NCBI GenBank assembly: GCA_043228905.1
Contig: JBHGNT010000016.1
Coordinates: 4,712,001-4,776,000, forward strand
DNA: 64,000 bases
Source: Azolla caroliniana
Taxonomy: Eukaryota; Plantae; Polypodiophyta
Direction: 5' to 3'
In this document: in pieces, positions 38,985 to 53,109 of the stretch
Layout of the letters: each line of letters opens with the position of its first letter
Position numbering within the stretch: position 1 is the stretch's first letter
Program-made: the position numbers and the translations under genes
Notes under the pieces: generated by a model
The model's input: the letters and a program-made list of their open reading frames with translations, nothing else
Told to the model about the DNA's origin: nothing
Databases searched by the model: none

Positions 38985-39320
38985 GATAGGAGTGGGAAGA
39001 GAGAGTAGGCGGTGAGAAGAGGGTTATGAGTGAGAAGAGAGTAAATTGTCAAAGGTGAGCTAGCAGTAAGTGAAGTTCTTAGGGGTATGAACTAGAAGAG
39101 TTTGAAGAGTTAGGATGAGAAGAGAGGAGAGGATACTTAGGAGTGAGAAGAGAAAAAATTCTCAGAGGTGAGCTAGCACTAAGTGAAGTTCTTAAAGGTA
39201 GGAACTAGAAGAGTTTGAAGAGTTGGGATGAGAAGAGAGCTAGTTATGAGAACTGGAGTTGACCTCTCACTTGTAACTCTCCACTCACTTATCATTCTCT
39301 TCTCATTCTTAACTATCATT
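38985..39320. repeat. Purine-rich tandem duplication (~113-bp period) followed by a pyrimidine-rich partly complementary tract
   Basis: aggtgagctagca.taagtgaagttctta...aactagaagagtttgaagagtt.ggatgagaagagag at ~39053 and ~39166; ctcttctcattcttaact at ~39297. Confidence 0.65.
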
Positions 39321-39389
39321 TCATTGCTAGCACACAATTAATCACCAAACATAATTCTCCTGAATTGTTACCCGGTATTTTTGTAGCAG

Positions 39390-42300
39390 AAGTTATGATG
39401 TTCGGTCTAAAAACGGCGCCGGCTACGTTCCAACGCATCATCACCGAAATCTTTCATGACTACATCCCGGCGTTCATGCAAGTCTTTCTCAACGATTTCG
39501 CCGTGTATGGCCATCGACGGGAACACATGACCTAGTTACGACTCTGCCTGGACCGATGTCGCCAAGCTCGATTGAGTTTAAACCCAACGAAATGTGCGTT
39601 CTTAGTCACCAGCGGCAACCTTCTCGACCACATTGTCAGTCAAGAAGGCATCGCCATGGATCCGGATAAAGTAAAGGCAATCTTGAATGCCACTGCACCC
39701 TCGAACGCTAAGGCACTAAGCCGTTTTTTGGGACAGATCCGGTGGCACAGCCGAATGATACGACACCTGGCCGATTTCGTGACACCTTTACACGCGGCAG
39801 TCCATCGCCTTCCTTTCCAATGGACGTCAATCGAGGACACGGCCTATCAGACCCTGAAACGAATGCTGTCACATGCCCCGGTGGTCCAGTCCCCGGTTTG
39901 GTCCGAACCGTTTCATGTCCTTCTTTATTTGGTCAATAAACAAGCCCTCACCGGACAGTTGGCTCGGTGGATGCTCCTACTACAAGAGTTTGATTTCCAA
40001 ATTCAACATCGACCCGGGGTACAACATGTCGTCGCCGACTACTTGAGCCGTCTTGAGTCAGGGGAATCGGAGAAAACAACGTACGACGAGCTATCGGACG
40101 CTAGCCTATTTAACCTAACCACGATACCAGACGATAACGGAGATGAATGGATCACGGAGATGACCCATTTTCTCACTACCGGTGTACCTCCCGAGCACAT
40201 GACCCTTGACACGAGAAAACGCCTAACAGTGCGTAGCCGGAATTTTTGCCTCGTCTCGGACATTCTCTACCACAAAGGCTCGGACGGCATATGGCGCCGA
40301 GCGATTCGGCAATTCGAGAAGAACGTCGTTCTTCAGGAAGCCCACCAAGGAGTAGCTGGGGGGCACTACGCCGGGGATTCCACGGCAAGGAAAGTTTGGC
40401 AAAGTGGATTGTGGTGGCCGACAACGAAGAAAGATGCTCACGAGTTTTGCCAGCAGTGCGATTTGTGCCAACGACTGGGGCAACCAATGGAACAATCACG
40501 GATGCCACACCAGCCGATTCTTCCGTTGGACCCATTTCAAAAATGGGGTTTGGATTTTGTAGGCCCTTTCAAACCACCCGCGGCCCGAACAGGGAATAGG
40601 TATATTATCGTTGCCACGGATTACTGCACCAAATGGGTCGAGGCTAAGGCACTCCGAGATAACACGGCGGCATCCACTGCTAAATTCGTGTACGAGCACC
40701 TCTGGTGCCGTTACAGATGCCCAATCGAGCTCGTTAATGATCAAGGTGGGCACTTCATCAATCATATAATACGTGAGCTTACACACCACTACGCGGTGGT
40801 GCACAAGAAAAGCACACCATACTACTCGCAGGTGAACGGCTTGGCGGAATCGACCAATAAAATCCTCCAAACCATACTGAAGAAGATCGTCAATGAAAAC
40901 AGGACCGATTGGGATGACAAACTCCAGAGCGCGTTGTGGGCGTATCGTACGACTTTCAAAACAAGCATCCAATCAACCCCCTTTCGAATGGCGTTCGGGT
41001 TAGAAGTCGTAATGCCCGTCGAGTTCCAAGTCCCGAGCCTCCGAGTTCAAGTCAAAACACGGCTCCCCGAGGCCCAATCCGAGCAATACCAGCTGGAACA
41101 ACTCCTCGAACTCGGCGAAGATAGGATAGAGAGTATGGCCCAGCTCGAACAACGCTAACGGCAACGCAAGGCTTTCATGGATCGACATCGACACGAGCTG
41201 GAGAAGGAGCTCACCATCGGCAAACCAGTTCTTCTTTTTCAAACACGACTCGGGTCAATGCCTGGAAAATTAAGATTTCGGTGGACCAGTCCATTCTGGA
41301 TTATCAACGAGTTCAACGAGACGTTCCAGCTCGGCACACTCGCCGGCGACACTGTCAAAAGCTAGGCCAATGGTTTCCGACTTCGACCATATCGAGGGAC
41401 TACACCACCCAACCCGTTTACCGAGCCACACGGCACAAACGAGTTTCGGGAGACCACCACGGAGGAGGGCACGTGTCCCCCTAAATAAGGACTCACCCAC
41501 CTTCTTGAAATTAATAAAAGTAGTAGTAGGTAGGATTAACCATAGTTTAGCCACCGATTAGCTACACCTACACCACCCACCTAGGCACCCACAATTTTAG
41601 GAGCACCCCTCGCCACCACTCATTTAGTACCTATTTAAGCACATGCAAAGCACTAGAAGCACCCCACTCACCTTCAGGACACGTGGTGCTAGTCACTTAT
41701 TATGGCACCCACGACTCAGAATCTTCAAGATTCACTTCAGGCACAAAACCCTAGGAGTAAGTTACTAAAACCGTTTCCAAAACGCAGCACAGACACAGAA
41801 GTTCATTATCGCTCCCCATCTCCATCGCTCTCAAGCTCAGAAACCCCGTCTCGCTCTCATCGCGCTAAACGCTCTTGCTCTCAAGCCCTCTTTCGCTCTC
41901 ATAACCCCTCTGCTGGACTTCCCCTTCCTGCTGTTCCTCCTGTGTCTCGCCCTCGCCTCATCACTCTTCTTCACGCTTCCACACAGTCGAACCCCGTCTC
42001 CATCTCCACCATGCCTCTTACCGCTTCAACAGAAACCCGCGCTTGGCTCCAGGAACGAGGAATGGGCAGTTACCTGAAGATCATCGATGCCCGCACGCAC
42101 CCAGATGCCCAAGCTGTGGCTAAACGTATAAGTCCCGAAGCCATCACCAACAATGTGCTTCGGGTTGTTTTGGACCTGCAACGGGGAGGGGACCATGAGG
42201 TCGACATACTCCCGGCATCAAAGATGAAAGCGTACTTCGGTGAGTACTCAGCCTCAGGGAAGGCATATCGCACGTATGGCGGTCCCAACTGAGCTTTCGG

Positions 42301-44852
42301 GGAGATTGCTCGTATATTAATGGAGTATGCGTTCGTGCATACGAACCCAACGAGCATGCCGCAGAACAAGGCAACCATCATCATCAACGCGTATGAAGGA
42401 AACAGAATCGATTGGGGAATCATCACAGGCGAGGGACTCCGCGCCGCCTTAGCTTCATTTCAGTCTGGTAAGAAGATGTTGTCTGTTCTTACCCACTTTT
42501 TGATGGTTCTATACCCACCCTCTTCTCTTCCTTCCCCTCGCACACTCACGTCCCCACCACCACCACGAAGGCAGAGAGAGAAATTCGTTGCCATCAGCCA
42601 CGAAGCATGGGAGGAGCCCACATCTCCTTCACCTCCTGCCACCAACCAAAACCCCGCATCTGCACCACCACCCACCCAACCCCAACAAAAAAGGGTAGTT
42701 TCCGAGATCTGCCAAGAATGGGAGGAGGAGGTAGCCGCGAAAGACAACACGACCGATAATGTCACCATTCGACAACCAATGTCGCGCCCCTCGGTAACTT
42801 CCCTAGGGCCTAGCCCACGCCCCAACACACAGCAGGCTGCACCACCACGACCCCAGAAAAGGAAGCAGGCGGAGGAAACGACACTATCGGCCCCGGAACC
42901 CCAAACACAACCGAGCAAGAGAAGACGACTCAACCGCGAGTCCTCGGAAGAACAGAAAGAGCCACAACAGGAGCAAGCCTTAGTTGTCAGACAGAGAAAC
43001 CTGGCCATCATCCCTGAGGAGGCATCGCTGAACTAGGGAAAGATCGAGCATGGGCAGACAACGCAGATCTCGGAGGATGAAGTCCTTGGGTATAAGGACC
43101 TCCCCGCGGAGGCTTATGAATTTAGTGCGCTCCTACGCCTCGGTATGACATTCGAGCTGGTCGACTTCCTCGCCAGAGCCCAAGTCGCGGCAGCCGCTCG
43201 AATGGCGGAGGAGCACGCTGAAACAAAAATGATTCAACGAGCGCTAATAGGTGAAATTGAGCCCCAGGAGGACAGGGCTTTACAAAAAATCGGGAGAAAG
43301 AAGCAGGCAAAACAGGCCGCTCTCCTCATGGAGGTCCCCGAGTTGAACACGGCCCTTATCGAGGCATATCAGGACCTGGATTGCACTACGACCCTTAAAG
43401 AAATGGCTGACGAGTTTTTCATCAAATGCAAGCTACTTTCGGAGCAAAAAGACGAATTATCGGATTCCTACTTCGCCCTACAAGAGGAGAGAATCATCGA
43501 ACGGGAACAAGTCCGGGCCGCGTGTCAAAAAGAACGGGAGCAAGCCACCGAAGAACTCACCAAGCATTACGAGCAGGCTATACAACTCGTAACCGCGGAT
43601 GCAAAGAACACTCAAGCCATCTATGAACTACGAGCGCAGAAGCTTCAGGCCAAGGTCGACGGCTTAAAACAGGAATTAGCAGCCATCCGAGCACAGCCCA
43701 GCATGGATGAGACACGCATCAGAATAATGATCGAGAAACAGCGCCAGCACCTGACCAAAAAGGTCGAGGAAACATTAAGTCACGCAAGAGACAAATGGGC
43801 AGCCCAAGCTGCCGAGTTGCATATTTTACGCGCCGACGCCGAGAACCGACGGAAGGAGGGCCGCGGCTTCTACAAAATGGACGAAGCCAGCATACAAAAC
43901 CTACGTGCAGATTTAACCGAGGGTTACTAGTCCTTGGCAAAATCTCACACCGCGGCAATCGAGCAAATAATGGAGGACTTCAATGACGGTCAGATGTTGT
44001 TTCGCCTGGAAGCAGAAGCCTTCGAATGAGAACGACTCGCAGCCATCCCAACTAGCCCTCCAACGGCCACAGAGTAGAAGGAAGAACCTTCCAGCAAGGA
44101 GATCACGGACACGGCATAGGAGGAACTTGCCCCGGCCAACAGACATCCCATGGACGCCCACACGGTACCAGATCCAGTCGAAGTAGAGGTCAGCGCCCTC
44201 AAACCCACACCCCCACCAGACGAATCGGCCGCACCGGAGGCGAACGCCCGAGAAAATATGACACCCCCAGACCAAACTCAACCCCCCGCACCGATAGTTC
44301 AACCAGACCACCCTGCCACCACCCCGGACCCCGAAAACATCCTCGACATCTTAAAAGAGGAATGAAACGAGGATCACGCGTAAACGGCAATTTTTGTAAT
44401 ATTGTTAGTATTTTGTAAGTCGTGGGTCCGACGGACAAGGTCCTGTCCCACGGGCGTGCCAAGTGTTGTCCAGAGGACAAAAATGTAAAATTAGGGAATT
44501 AGCAAACACCGAGTCCGAGTATCACAGGCCACCGACGGCTCGACTGTGTATTAGGGGAAAAGTTATTTAAACGAGGACCAGTACCTCAGAGAAAGAGAGA
44601 AGAAAAATATAGGCGGAAGCACTAGCTTAGTCCCTCGTAACTAGATAAACTTGTAAGGTCACCGGCCATAGGCCGTGTTATGTAATCTTTTCTATCATAG
44701 TAATATATCTGATTTGTGCCCATTTTGCTCCATGAGTCTGTGCTTTGATCCATACCTATGAGTTCAAAGCCGCCCACGCCTATCAAGACCTCGCTAGTGT
44801 TTTCTCTCTGAGCCCTGTCTCTCTCTCGACGCCTCTGTTACGAGCCTTCACA
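39390..44852 (+). mobile_element. 5'-truncated non-chromovirus Ty3/gypsy (Athila/Tat-like): partial RT, deleted RNase H, integrase, long 3' extra ORF, LTR-like tail
   Basis: MFGLKTAPATFQR, LARWMLLLQEFDF, H...HY...CDLCQ, KWGLDFVGP, DYCTKWVEAKAL, NGLAESTNK. LTR boundaries not resolved. Confidence 0.82.
41702..44365 (+). pseudogene. Retrotransposon 3' additional ORF (~890 codons in one frame, broken by point stops)
   Basis: ORFs starting at 41702, 42320, 43145 and 44150 share one frame and are separated only by isolated TGA/TAG codons. Confidence 0.75.
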
Positions 44853-45012
44853 TACCACACCCTTGAATACCGATAGCCGCATATCTATCGAAGGTGTTCA
44901 CCCAAAGGAACAGGTAACATGAATCAATTGTGCAATCACAATTAGCAAGTCCTCCATCTTCCTCCCTCCTTTGATACCATCGGTCTCCCCCAAAATGAGC
45001 CAACCCCCCATG

Positions 45013-45302
45013 TGTCATAACTAGACTCGAACCCATAACCTTTTGTTACACGGGTCGAGACTTTACCATTAGGTTATGAATTGTAATTTGAAGGATATTA
45101 TTTTCATTTAGGTTTTATTGGGAAATTGATGTATATTCCAGATTTCTCTGGAACATTCTAGAAACTTCAGGAGTATTCCTGAAGACACTATAAAAGGAGG
45201 CGCAAGGCATTAGTTCGAACCAAATCGGTTCAACGCCAGTCTTAAGCCTTCTAACTACTGTTGTATATCTTCCTTCATATAATATATATATCTTTCGCAT
45301 CA

Positions 45303-45346
<44 letters not shown>

Positions 45347-45475
45347 ATTCCTTCTCTCAAAGTTCGACACCTCTCATAGTACTAATCCTTCTCTGTCTTA
45401 GTACTATTCCCCGAAAATAGTACTAATCCTTCTTTTAGTACTAATTCCTTCTCTGCCTTAATAGAGTTCCTGACA
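45013..45475 (+). mobile_element. Solo LTR related to the chromovirus LTR at 2640/13331
   Basis: TGTCA...CCTGACA, TSD CCATG, TATAAAAG, CAACGCCAGTC motif, (CT)n and repeated TAGTACTA motifs shared with 2640-2700. Confidence 0.9.
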
Positions 45476-45661
45476 CCATGTCAATGTAAGGATTTTAACC
45501 CACTAAGCTAGCATCTTTTTTAAATATTTTGTTTCGTTCATCTATTCTATATGGTCATACTTCTACTTCCTTGGCCTTGTTTAACTTGCAAAACACCAAA
45601 GATTTTGGCCATCTTCTCTCCGATTCTCAAGGTTTTGGATCATGTTCTCAAACATCATTTG

Positions 45662-48600
45662 TGTGAAAGATAGCTTGCGGAAGCGTTAGAAAGAACAATA
45701 CACAAAGAGAGAGAGAGAGAGAGAGAGAGACAAGGACACACTATTTTTCAAAATTATATGAATACTCTGTGTTCTCTCTCTTCTGTATCTACAACGCGCT
45801 CATCAACGTTATTTATACAAGTCCACACGGGACTGTTAGAAGTACGGTGTACTTCAATGCTCACACGAGCGTCTGACACTAACTACGAGACTATAACTGC
45901 CTAGTAGTCTAACCTATACTAGGCTTCCGGTTACGGATTGGATCCGTCATACCGGCTCCCCAACTCACTGGTCCTTACTGCTCACCGGCATACTGATTCA
46001 TCTCGCTTACCAACTCAAGCTTATTCAGTCGATTCGGCTCCGGTTGAGCTTGCCGCTCAACACTCCCCCTCAAGCTCAACCTGAGGTAGGGTCGTAGTGT
46101 CAACCTCTGTGGTAGCCGGTTCTTCCAACCGACTTCTCCTGGTGTCGCTTCGCCTTGCTCGCGCTCCTTGTCCGGTCTGGCCCCGTTTGCCGCGACCCCT
46201 TTAGTTCTACGCGCCTCGACCTTCGGGATGTCTGCTTAATAGGCCCATCTCAGCTCCTTCGTTGCTATGACTCCGGCACTTGATCCGTCGGTTCCTCCAC
46301 GATGGCGTCGACTTCCGCTGCGTCCGTGTCTCCTTGGCCTCTCGTTGATCCGACTCATCCGGATCCGTCTATTGATCCAAATCGGCTATCTCTGACTCGT
46401 TCCAGCTCTTGTTCAAATCGGTATCCTCCGATTCGATTTTCGGCTTCATGCCTCTCACCACATCGGACCACGTCCGGGTCTTGGCCTTCTCCGTGCTTCC
46501 CTTGGTTTCTTCAGCCAGTTCACCGACCTGTTCGGATGTGCCGACTTCCTTCGTCGACTCGGCTTCATTTTTCTTCTTGTCTCCACCTCTATCGGTTCTT
46601 CTCTTACCTACGAGTTCAACAGTTTTTTTGCCTTTGCCCGTTTCAGTAGTGTCTTTACCCGTTTCGGTAGTGTCTTTGCCCTTGCGTCTCCCCCTCAAGT
46701 GCGGCACGTCAAGATGCTGAACACCAAGCATTTCGGTAAAGTGCTGCAACTTGTCCGACCCGAGTGGCTTAGTGAAGATGTCGGCAACTTGCCGATCCGT
46801 GTGAACATACTGTAGTTCAACTTCACCGCTCAGGACCCACTCACGCACGAAGTGATAATGCACTTCTATGTGCTTTGTGCGAGCATGGAACACAGGGTTC
46901 TTAGCGAGCTGCATGCTGCTGAGGTTATCATAGTAGATCAGGATCGGGGTCGGTACCTCGATCCGCAGGTCTTGCAGCAGTCGCCGAAGCCAAACGGCTT
47001 CGCAGGTGGCAACGGTCGTGCCCCGATATTCAGCCTCAGTGCTGGATAGAGCCACTGTTGGCTGCTTTTTGCTGCTCCACGCAACAATCGCGCTCCCAAG
47101 AGAAAACATAAAGCCGGAAGTTGAGCGACAATCCGTTGCATCGCCAGCCCAGTCGGCATTCGTGTAGCCGACAAGCTTTTCGGTTATACCTTGCCAGTAT
47201 AAGAGCCCCCGGTCCTTAGTGCCGCTTACATACCTCAGTATTCGTTGCGCGCACTGAAGGTGCTCCACGGTCGGCTTCTGCATGAATTGGCTTACCACTC
47301 TGACCGGATAGCTAATGTCGGGTCGGGTGATGGTCAAGTAGATCAAGCTTCCAACTATTTGTCGGAACCGTTTCTCATCGCAAGCCGGTCCGGAGTTGGG
47401 ACAGATCTTCTGGTTCCGGTCCAGGGGTGTGGAGACAGGTCGGCATTCCGTCATGCCGAACTTGTACAACATATTCAACACATAATGGCGTTGAGAAAGC
47501 AATATGCCGTCAGGGGTGCGGATCACCTCGATCCCCAAGAAATAATGAAGGTCCCCCAAGTCCTTCATATCAAATGCGTCTGACAACTGGGACTTGACGC
47601 GGTTGATTTCCGGAAGACCTGGGCCGGTGATGACTAAATCATCAACATAGAGTAAGATACATACCGGACCGTTTGAGCCTTGACAGATGAACAGGGAAGA
47701 GTCCGACTTAGAGGCAACAAACCCCATCTTTTGCAACCGGTGCGTGATCTTAACATTCCAAGCACGGGGGGCTTGCTTCAAGCCGTACAATGACTTCCTC
47801 AATTGGCATACCGCCAATTTGTTCACCTCCGACTGAAATCCGGGGGGTTGAGTCATAAAGACTTCTTCTTCAAGATCTCCTTGAAGGAAGGCATTCTTCA
47901 CATCCATTTGATGAAGATGCCACTCCCTTGCCACAGCAACCTCCAGTACCACACGAACCGTCGTCATCTTCGCTACAGGAGCGAAGGTCTCGTTGTAGTC
48001 GATTCCGTGGGTTTGCGCATATCCCTTTGCCACTAACCGGGCCTTGTACCGGTTAATTGTACCATCTGCATTGTACTTTACCTTGTACACCCACTTGCAT
48101 CCGATCGGTTTACAGTGACGGGGAGGGTCAACTAAGTCCCAAGTTCTGTTGGCATCCAGTGCCCGCATTTCTTCCTCCATAGCGGCACGCCAATTTGCGT
48201 CCTTTGCCGCTTCTGCGTAGCTCTCCGGCTCACGCACTTCCGCCACCTTGGTCATGTATGCATAATGATGCGCCATGTACTCGTTATACCCGTACCGTTT
48301 AACGGGATCCTTCTGGCGGGTGGACCGGCGTAACTCACCGTTACCCAGTATGAGACCCTTCTTGGCCGGTTCGGTCTTCGTTCCCGAAGATCTACCTATG
48401 TCCTTGCCGAAGTCAAATACGCACCGATCTGACTCATCATTGCCGGTCTCGAATTCCGACATCTTCTGCTTCCCCTTCTCTTTGCATGTGAACCGTCTCC
48501 TTGGTTCCTTGCGTGGGGAGAGTACGACAGAGTCTCCACTACTCGCCATCTCATCATCCGACTGGTTGGACTGATACAGTCTCTCATTCGGTCCGCTTAA

Positions 48601-51501
48601 CCGGAATGATTCAGGACTCTCATCTTGAGTCCCGGCTTCATCTTTCTCTACCTGGGCCGGTTCAGGCTCACTAGCCCCATCCTCCAACATCGGGTCGGGA
48701 TCGGAAGTCGGAGTTGGTAAGGAATGCCACGATGCCGATTCATCAAACTCGACATCTCGGCTGACTCGGACCTTCTTCGTCTGGGGGTTATAACACTTAT
48801 ACCCCTTTTGCTCTTGAGCATAGCCGACTAGGATGCATTTTTCCGATTTTGCACCCAGCTTTCTCCGCTTCTCGTCCAGCACATGTACATAGGCTATGCT
48901 GCCGAATATCCGAAGGTGTCTCAAATTCGGCTTGCGCCCGAAATACAGCTCGTGAGCTGACACCTTGTCCCCAATCCGATTCTAGATGTAAACGACCATT
49001 TGGACCGCCTCCGCCCAGTAGATCTTGGGCATGCTCTTTTCCTCCAACATTGCCCTAGCAGCGTCAATCAGCGACCGATTCTTCCTTTCGGCCACACCGT
49101 TCTGTTGCGGTGTGTATCTGCAGCTGAACTCTCGCTGAATTCCTTTTTGTTGCAGATAGCTGTTGAATTGGCCGGAAAAGTACTCTTTTCCGCCATCCGG
49201 CCATAGCCATTTGATCTTCCTATTTGATTCCCGTTCCACCATCTTCTGGAAGCTCCGGAAACACTCGAAGTCTTCGCTCTTCCGCTCAATGAGGTAGATC
49301 CACGTATGCTGCGTGTAGTCGTCGATGAAGGAGACGAAATATCGACTCCCGCCAATGCTAACATGTTGTGCCAATCCCCACACATCCGAATGGATAAGAT
49401 CGAGCGTTTTACGGCTTCGATTTCTTTCGGTGGGGAATGGAAGCCGATGTTGCTTCCCGAGTTGGCAAGCTTCACAAATTTGGGCTTTCCGGCCGCTAAA
49501 CTTCGGCAAACCGAAAACAACTTGTTCCGTTTGCAGGTCTTGAAGCCTCCGGTAGTTGACGTGGCCGATCCGTTTGTGCCACAAGTCGATATCCGACTCG
49601 ACCTTCTGTCCTTTGGCGAACAGTGCGGTGTCGACGTCATTGGTGTTGAGGATAAACATCCTCCCATCTCTGCGCCCTTGCGCAATAACTTTGCCTTCAT
49701 CCTCAATGAAGCACCCGAGGTGCGTAAACCGCACCTGCATCCCCTGGTCGACAATCTGTCCGACCGACACCAGGTTCTTCGTGATCGTTGGAACATGTAA
49801 TACATTCATCAGCTTCCCCCTCTGTCCGACGTGGCTCAAAGGGACTTCTCCGACGTGCACGATCGGGTGGGGAGTGTCGTCTCCGGTTTCGACAACTCCT
49901 GGTTGATCCGGCTTCTCCAAAAAGGAGAACCACTCCCCGTGGCTCGTCATGTGGTTCGATGCGCCGAAGTCAACATACCACACTTCCTCCGATTTGGAAG
50001 TGGTCTTCTTCATTGAGTTTTTGCCTTGTGCTTCATCACCAAGGCTGGCCCCTTACCGTTCTTGGATCCTCCCGATCCATTTGCGTAGTGCGAGCTTTGC
50101 CGGCCTTCCTTACCGGTCTTGCCGGATCTGGATTTGTCCGAATCAGCACGCTTTCTCCAGCACTCGCTTTCCCTATGGCCCTTTTTACCACAGTACCAGC
50201 ATTCCGTAGCGGATTTGTCTTGCCGGCCTCCGGCACCACCTTGACTCCCTCTGCTTGTGGAAGTCCCGGAACTGCTATCGGCACACTCACTGTGCCTTCG
50301 TTCCTGCTCTTGCCAGCCGCCTCCATTGCGTTCCAACCTGCCTCCTCCACCACGCCCGCGGGACCGATCCGCTCCCGTGTACAGCATCCGGCTATCTGGG
50401 GATGCACTGGTAGATGCACCGGCGTGGTTCTCCTCTACAAGGAGCATCGTCTGTAAGTCGAAAAATGAGGGCGTATTCTCCCTTGTACGAACCGCAATCC
50501 GGAAAGCTCCAAACTTGGACGCCAGGCCTCCAAGACAGACATGCACCATCCGTCTTCCTCTACGGTGACGTTAATAGAGGCAAGCGTGTCACAGATCCCT
50601 TTGATCCGGGCTGTGTAATCTGCCACCGACATGTTCTTCTGTCGAACATTGCTCAACTCCTGTTTGAGTTGCAGCTTCCGGGCAGTGGTGCTTGCGACAA
50701 AGACCTTTTTCAAGTTTCCCCAAGCATCCTTCGGTGTCTTGGCGTCACGGATATGGCTGAGCAACTGGTCACCGACACTGGACGCGAAGCAGTACATCAC
50801 CATGCTTGCCGCCTGTTCCCACACTCGGAAGTCCTTGTGTGTCGTCTCCGGTGCTGAATCGTTCACTCCGTCGACATAACTCCAATAGCCATGCCCAAGC
50901 AAGTACTGGTGCATCTTGTATGACCAAGATGCATAGTTGGTTTTGTCGAGCTTCTCCACCGGGAGCGACGTAGCCATACCTCTGTCCATTTCTCCTTTTG
51001 TGTCTGTTTTCCGATCTGTTAGGGTTTCCTTCACAAGCGTAGATGTCTGCAGCAGAGGTTCTCAACCCACGCGCTCTGATACCATGTGAAAGATAGCTTG
51101 CGGAAGCGTTAGAAAGAACAATACACAAAGAGAGAGAGAGAGAGAGAGAGAGAGTAGGACACACTATTTTTCAAAATTATATGAATACTCTGTGTTCTCT
51201 CTCTTCTGTATCTACAATGCGCTCATCAACGTTATTTATACAAGTCCACACGGGACTGTTAGAAGTACGGTGTACTTCAATGCTCACACGAGCGTCTAAC
51301 ACTAACTACGAGACTATAACTGCCTAGTAGTCTAACCTATACTAGGCTTCATGTTACGGATTGGATCCGTCATACCGGCTCCCCAGCTCACCGGTCCTTA
51401 CTGCTTACCGGCTCGGTTGCTCACCGACATACCAATTCATCTCACTTACCAGCTCAGGCTTATTCAGCTAATCCGGCTCCGGTTGAGCTTGCCGCTCAAC
51501 A
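45662..51501 (-). mobile_element. Ty1/copia element G, full-length (B/D/G family), few frameshifts
   Basis: LTRs 45662-46062 and 51085-51501, TSD ATTTG, PBS TGGTATCAGAGC 51073-51084, PPT 46063-46074; 864-aa IN-RT-RH ORF. Confidence 0.95.
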
Positions 51502-53109
51502 ATTTGGAATGATCCCAAAGGATCGTTTAAGAGTTTAACGTCGTCAACATTTGTTGAATCAAGTACCCTCATGATTTTACACTAGTTGGTGCTATCACTA
51601 CCATTGGATTGTTTGGGTATGAGTATGGTGGTGGAAATATTGAACTTTCACAATGTATAGTTTGCGTCAAGCATTCCCTTTGGCATTACTAGCAATTGTG
51701 ACCTCCCCTTGTTATGAGTGCCACTTCCACTTTCAATGGTTTCCATCTTCTAATAGACCAATACATAGTTGTCGCCTTTACAACTTTCTCCTCCACAACT
51801 ATTCTAGATGGCTAATGATGAACCTCACTCTAAATGTCATGTGAACTTGGACTAATAACAAATAAAGCACATATCATAACAAAGAACATATCAATACATA
51901 TCATTTACATACCCATATAGTTGTCCAAATGTAATAAATGAAATTAAGATTAGAATATAGATCAAAAGAGGGCATCTTAATGCAAAAACATTGTGAAGTA
52001 GTATTGCTAAGAGGTGATTCAAAATGCAAAGTTAACTAGTTATTCACATATGCATAATTTGTGGGAGTGTTGATCTCAATTGGTACTCTCATAAAATATG
52101 TCGCACACTTTCCTTTGTTTTTAATTTGATTTAGTTTTGTTCAACCATAACACAATCTAGAATACAAGCAACAATCCGCCCAATGCTTTTGTGTCATGTT
52201 AACAAGGATTCTCATCTAGGCAACTTAGTTTATTGGTGGATTTACATTGAGATCAAACGAGCATGAGCTCTAGCCTAAAGCTAACTAGTTGGAGCAAAGT
52301 TATAAAGGGAAAGACTCGGAAATTGGCTTGAGTTCCTCTTTATACTCCCAAAGCCCCCTCCCCAGTTCTCGTTGTTTTTTGGAATGCACCCAGGTCAAAG
52401 GCAAATGAGAAGTGATGGGGGTGCTTGCACCTTCACATGCTTCTATAGGACCTCCATTTTCTTTATGGGCACATGCCAAAGTTGGGGGACGATGCCAATA
52501 TGGAATGCATTAGAACATTCCTTGTTACATCTTGAAATGGTGAAATAACTAACTACAATTTGATGCAAATGATGTTAGAAGAGGCGACAAAGCTATTGTG
52601 GTGTTTGTTTTGTGTGATTGTTCATGTTACAATTGCAGCTATAAGGTGTGGTCACACACACACACACACACACACACGTATGTATGTATGTATATGCTCT
52701 TGTCGACTTACGTAGATGCTTCAATGTGCCCATTGTTTGTGCCAACATCTTGAAAAGGTGAAATAACTTACTAACATTTGATGCAAATGATGTTGGAAGA
52801 AGTGACAAACCTAGTGTGATGTTTGTTTCATGCGATTGTTCGTGTTACATTGGCAAGTATGTATAGTGTGTGGGTATATATGTATATGCTCTCGTCGACT
52901 CACGCATATCCTACAATGTGCCCTTCTTGTTTGTGCCTCCGTATCATGGCCCTTGGGGTCTGTTTTAATGACACTTACAGGGGTATTTGTGGAAATAAAT
53001 AAACCTCTCTCGCATATACGCTTTTTTTGTGTCTTTTGTTAAGCGCTCCTTTTGCTCAGTAGTTTTCCGAGTGTGCAGCAGCCGTAGGAAGGAGCGAGCT
53101 TCCGCAGCG

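Noticed and set aside
39366-44852. Complete element bounded by TG(39366)...CA(44852)
   Set aside because: Flanks TGAAT and TACCA do not form a TSD and there is no second LTR.
52490-52930. Diverged duplication upstream of RPL13 as a regulatory module
   Set aside because: The repeat is real (tttgatgcaaatgatgtt.gaag twice), but nothing in the sequence supports a function.
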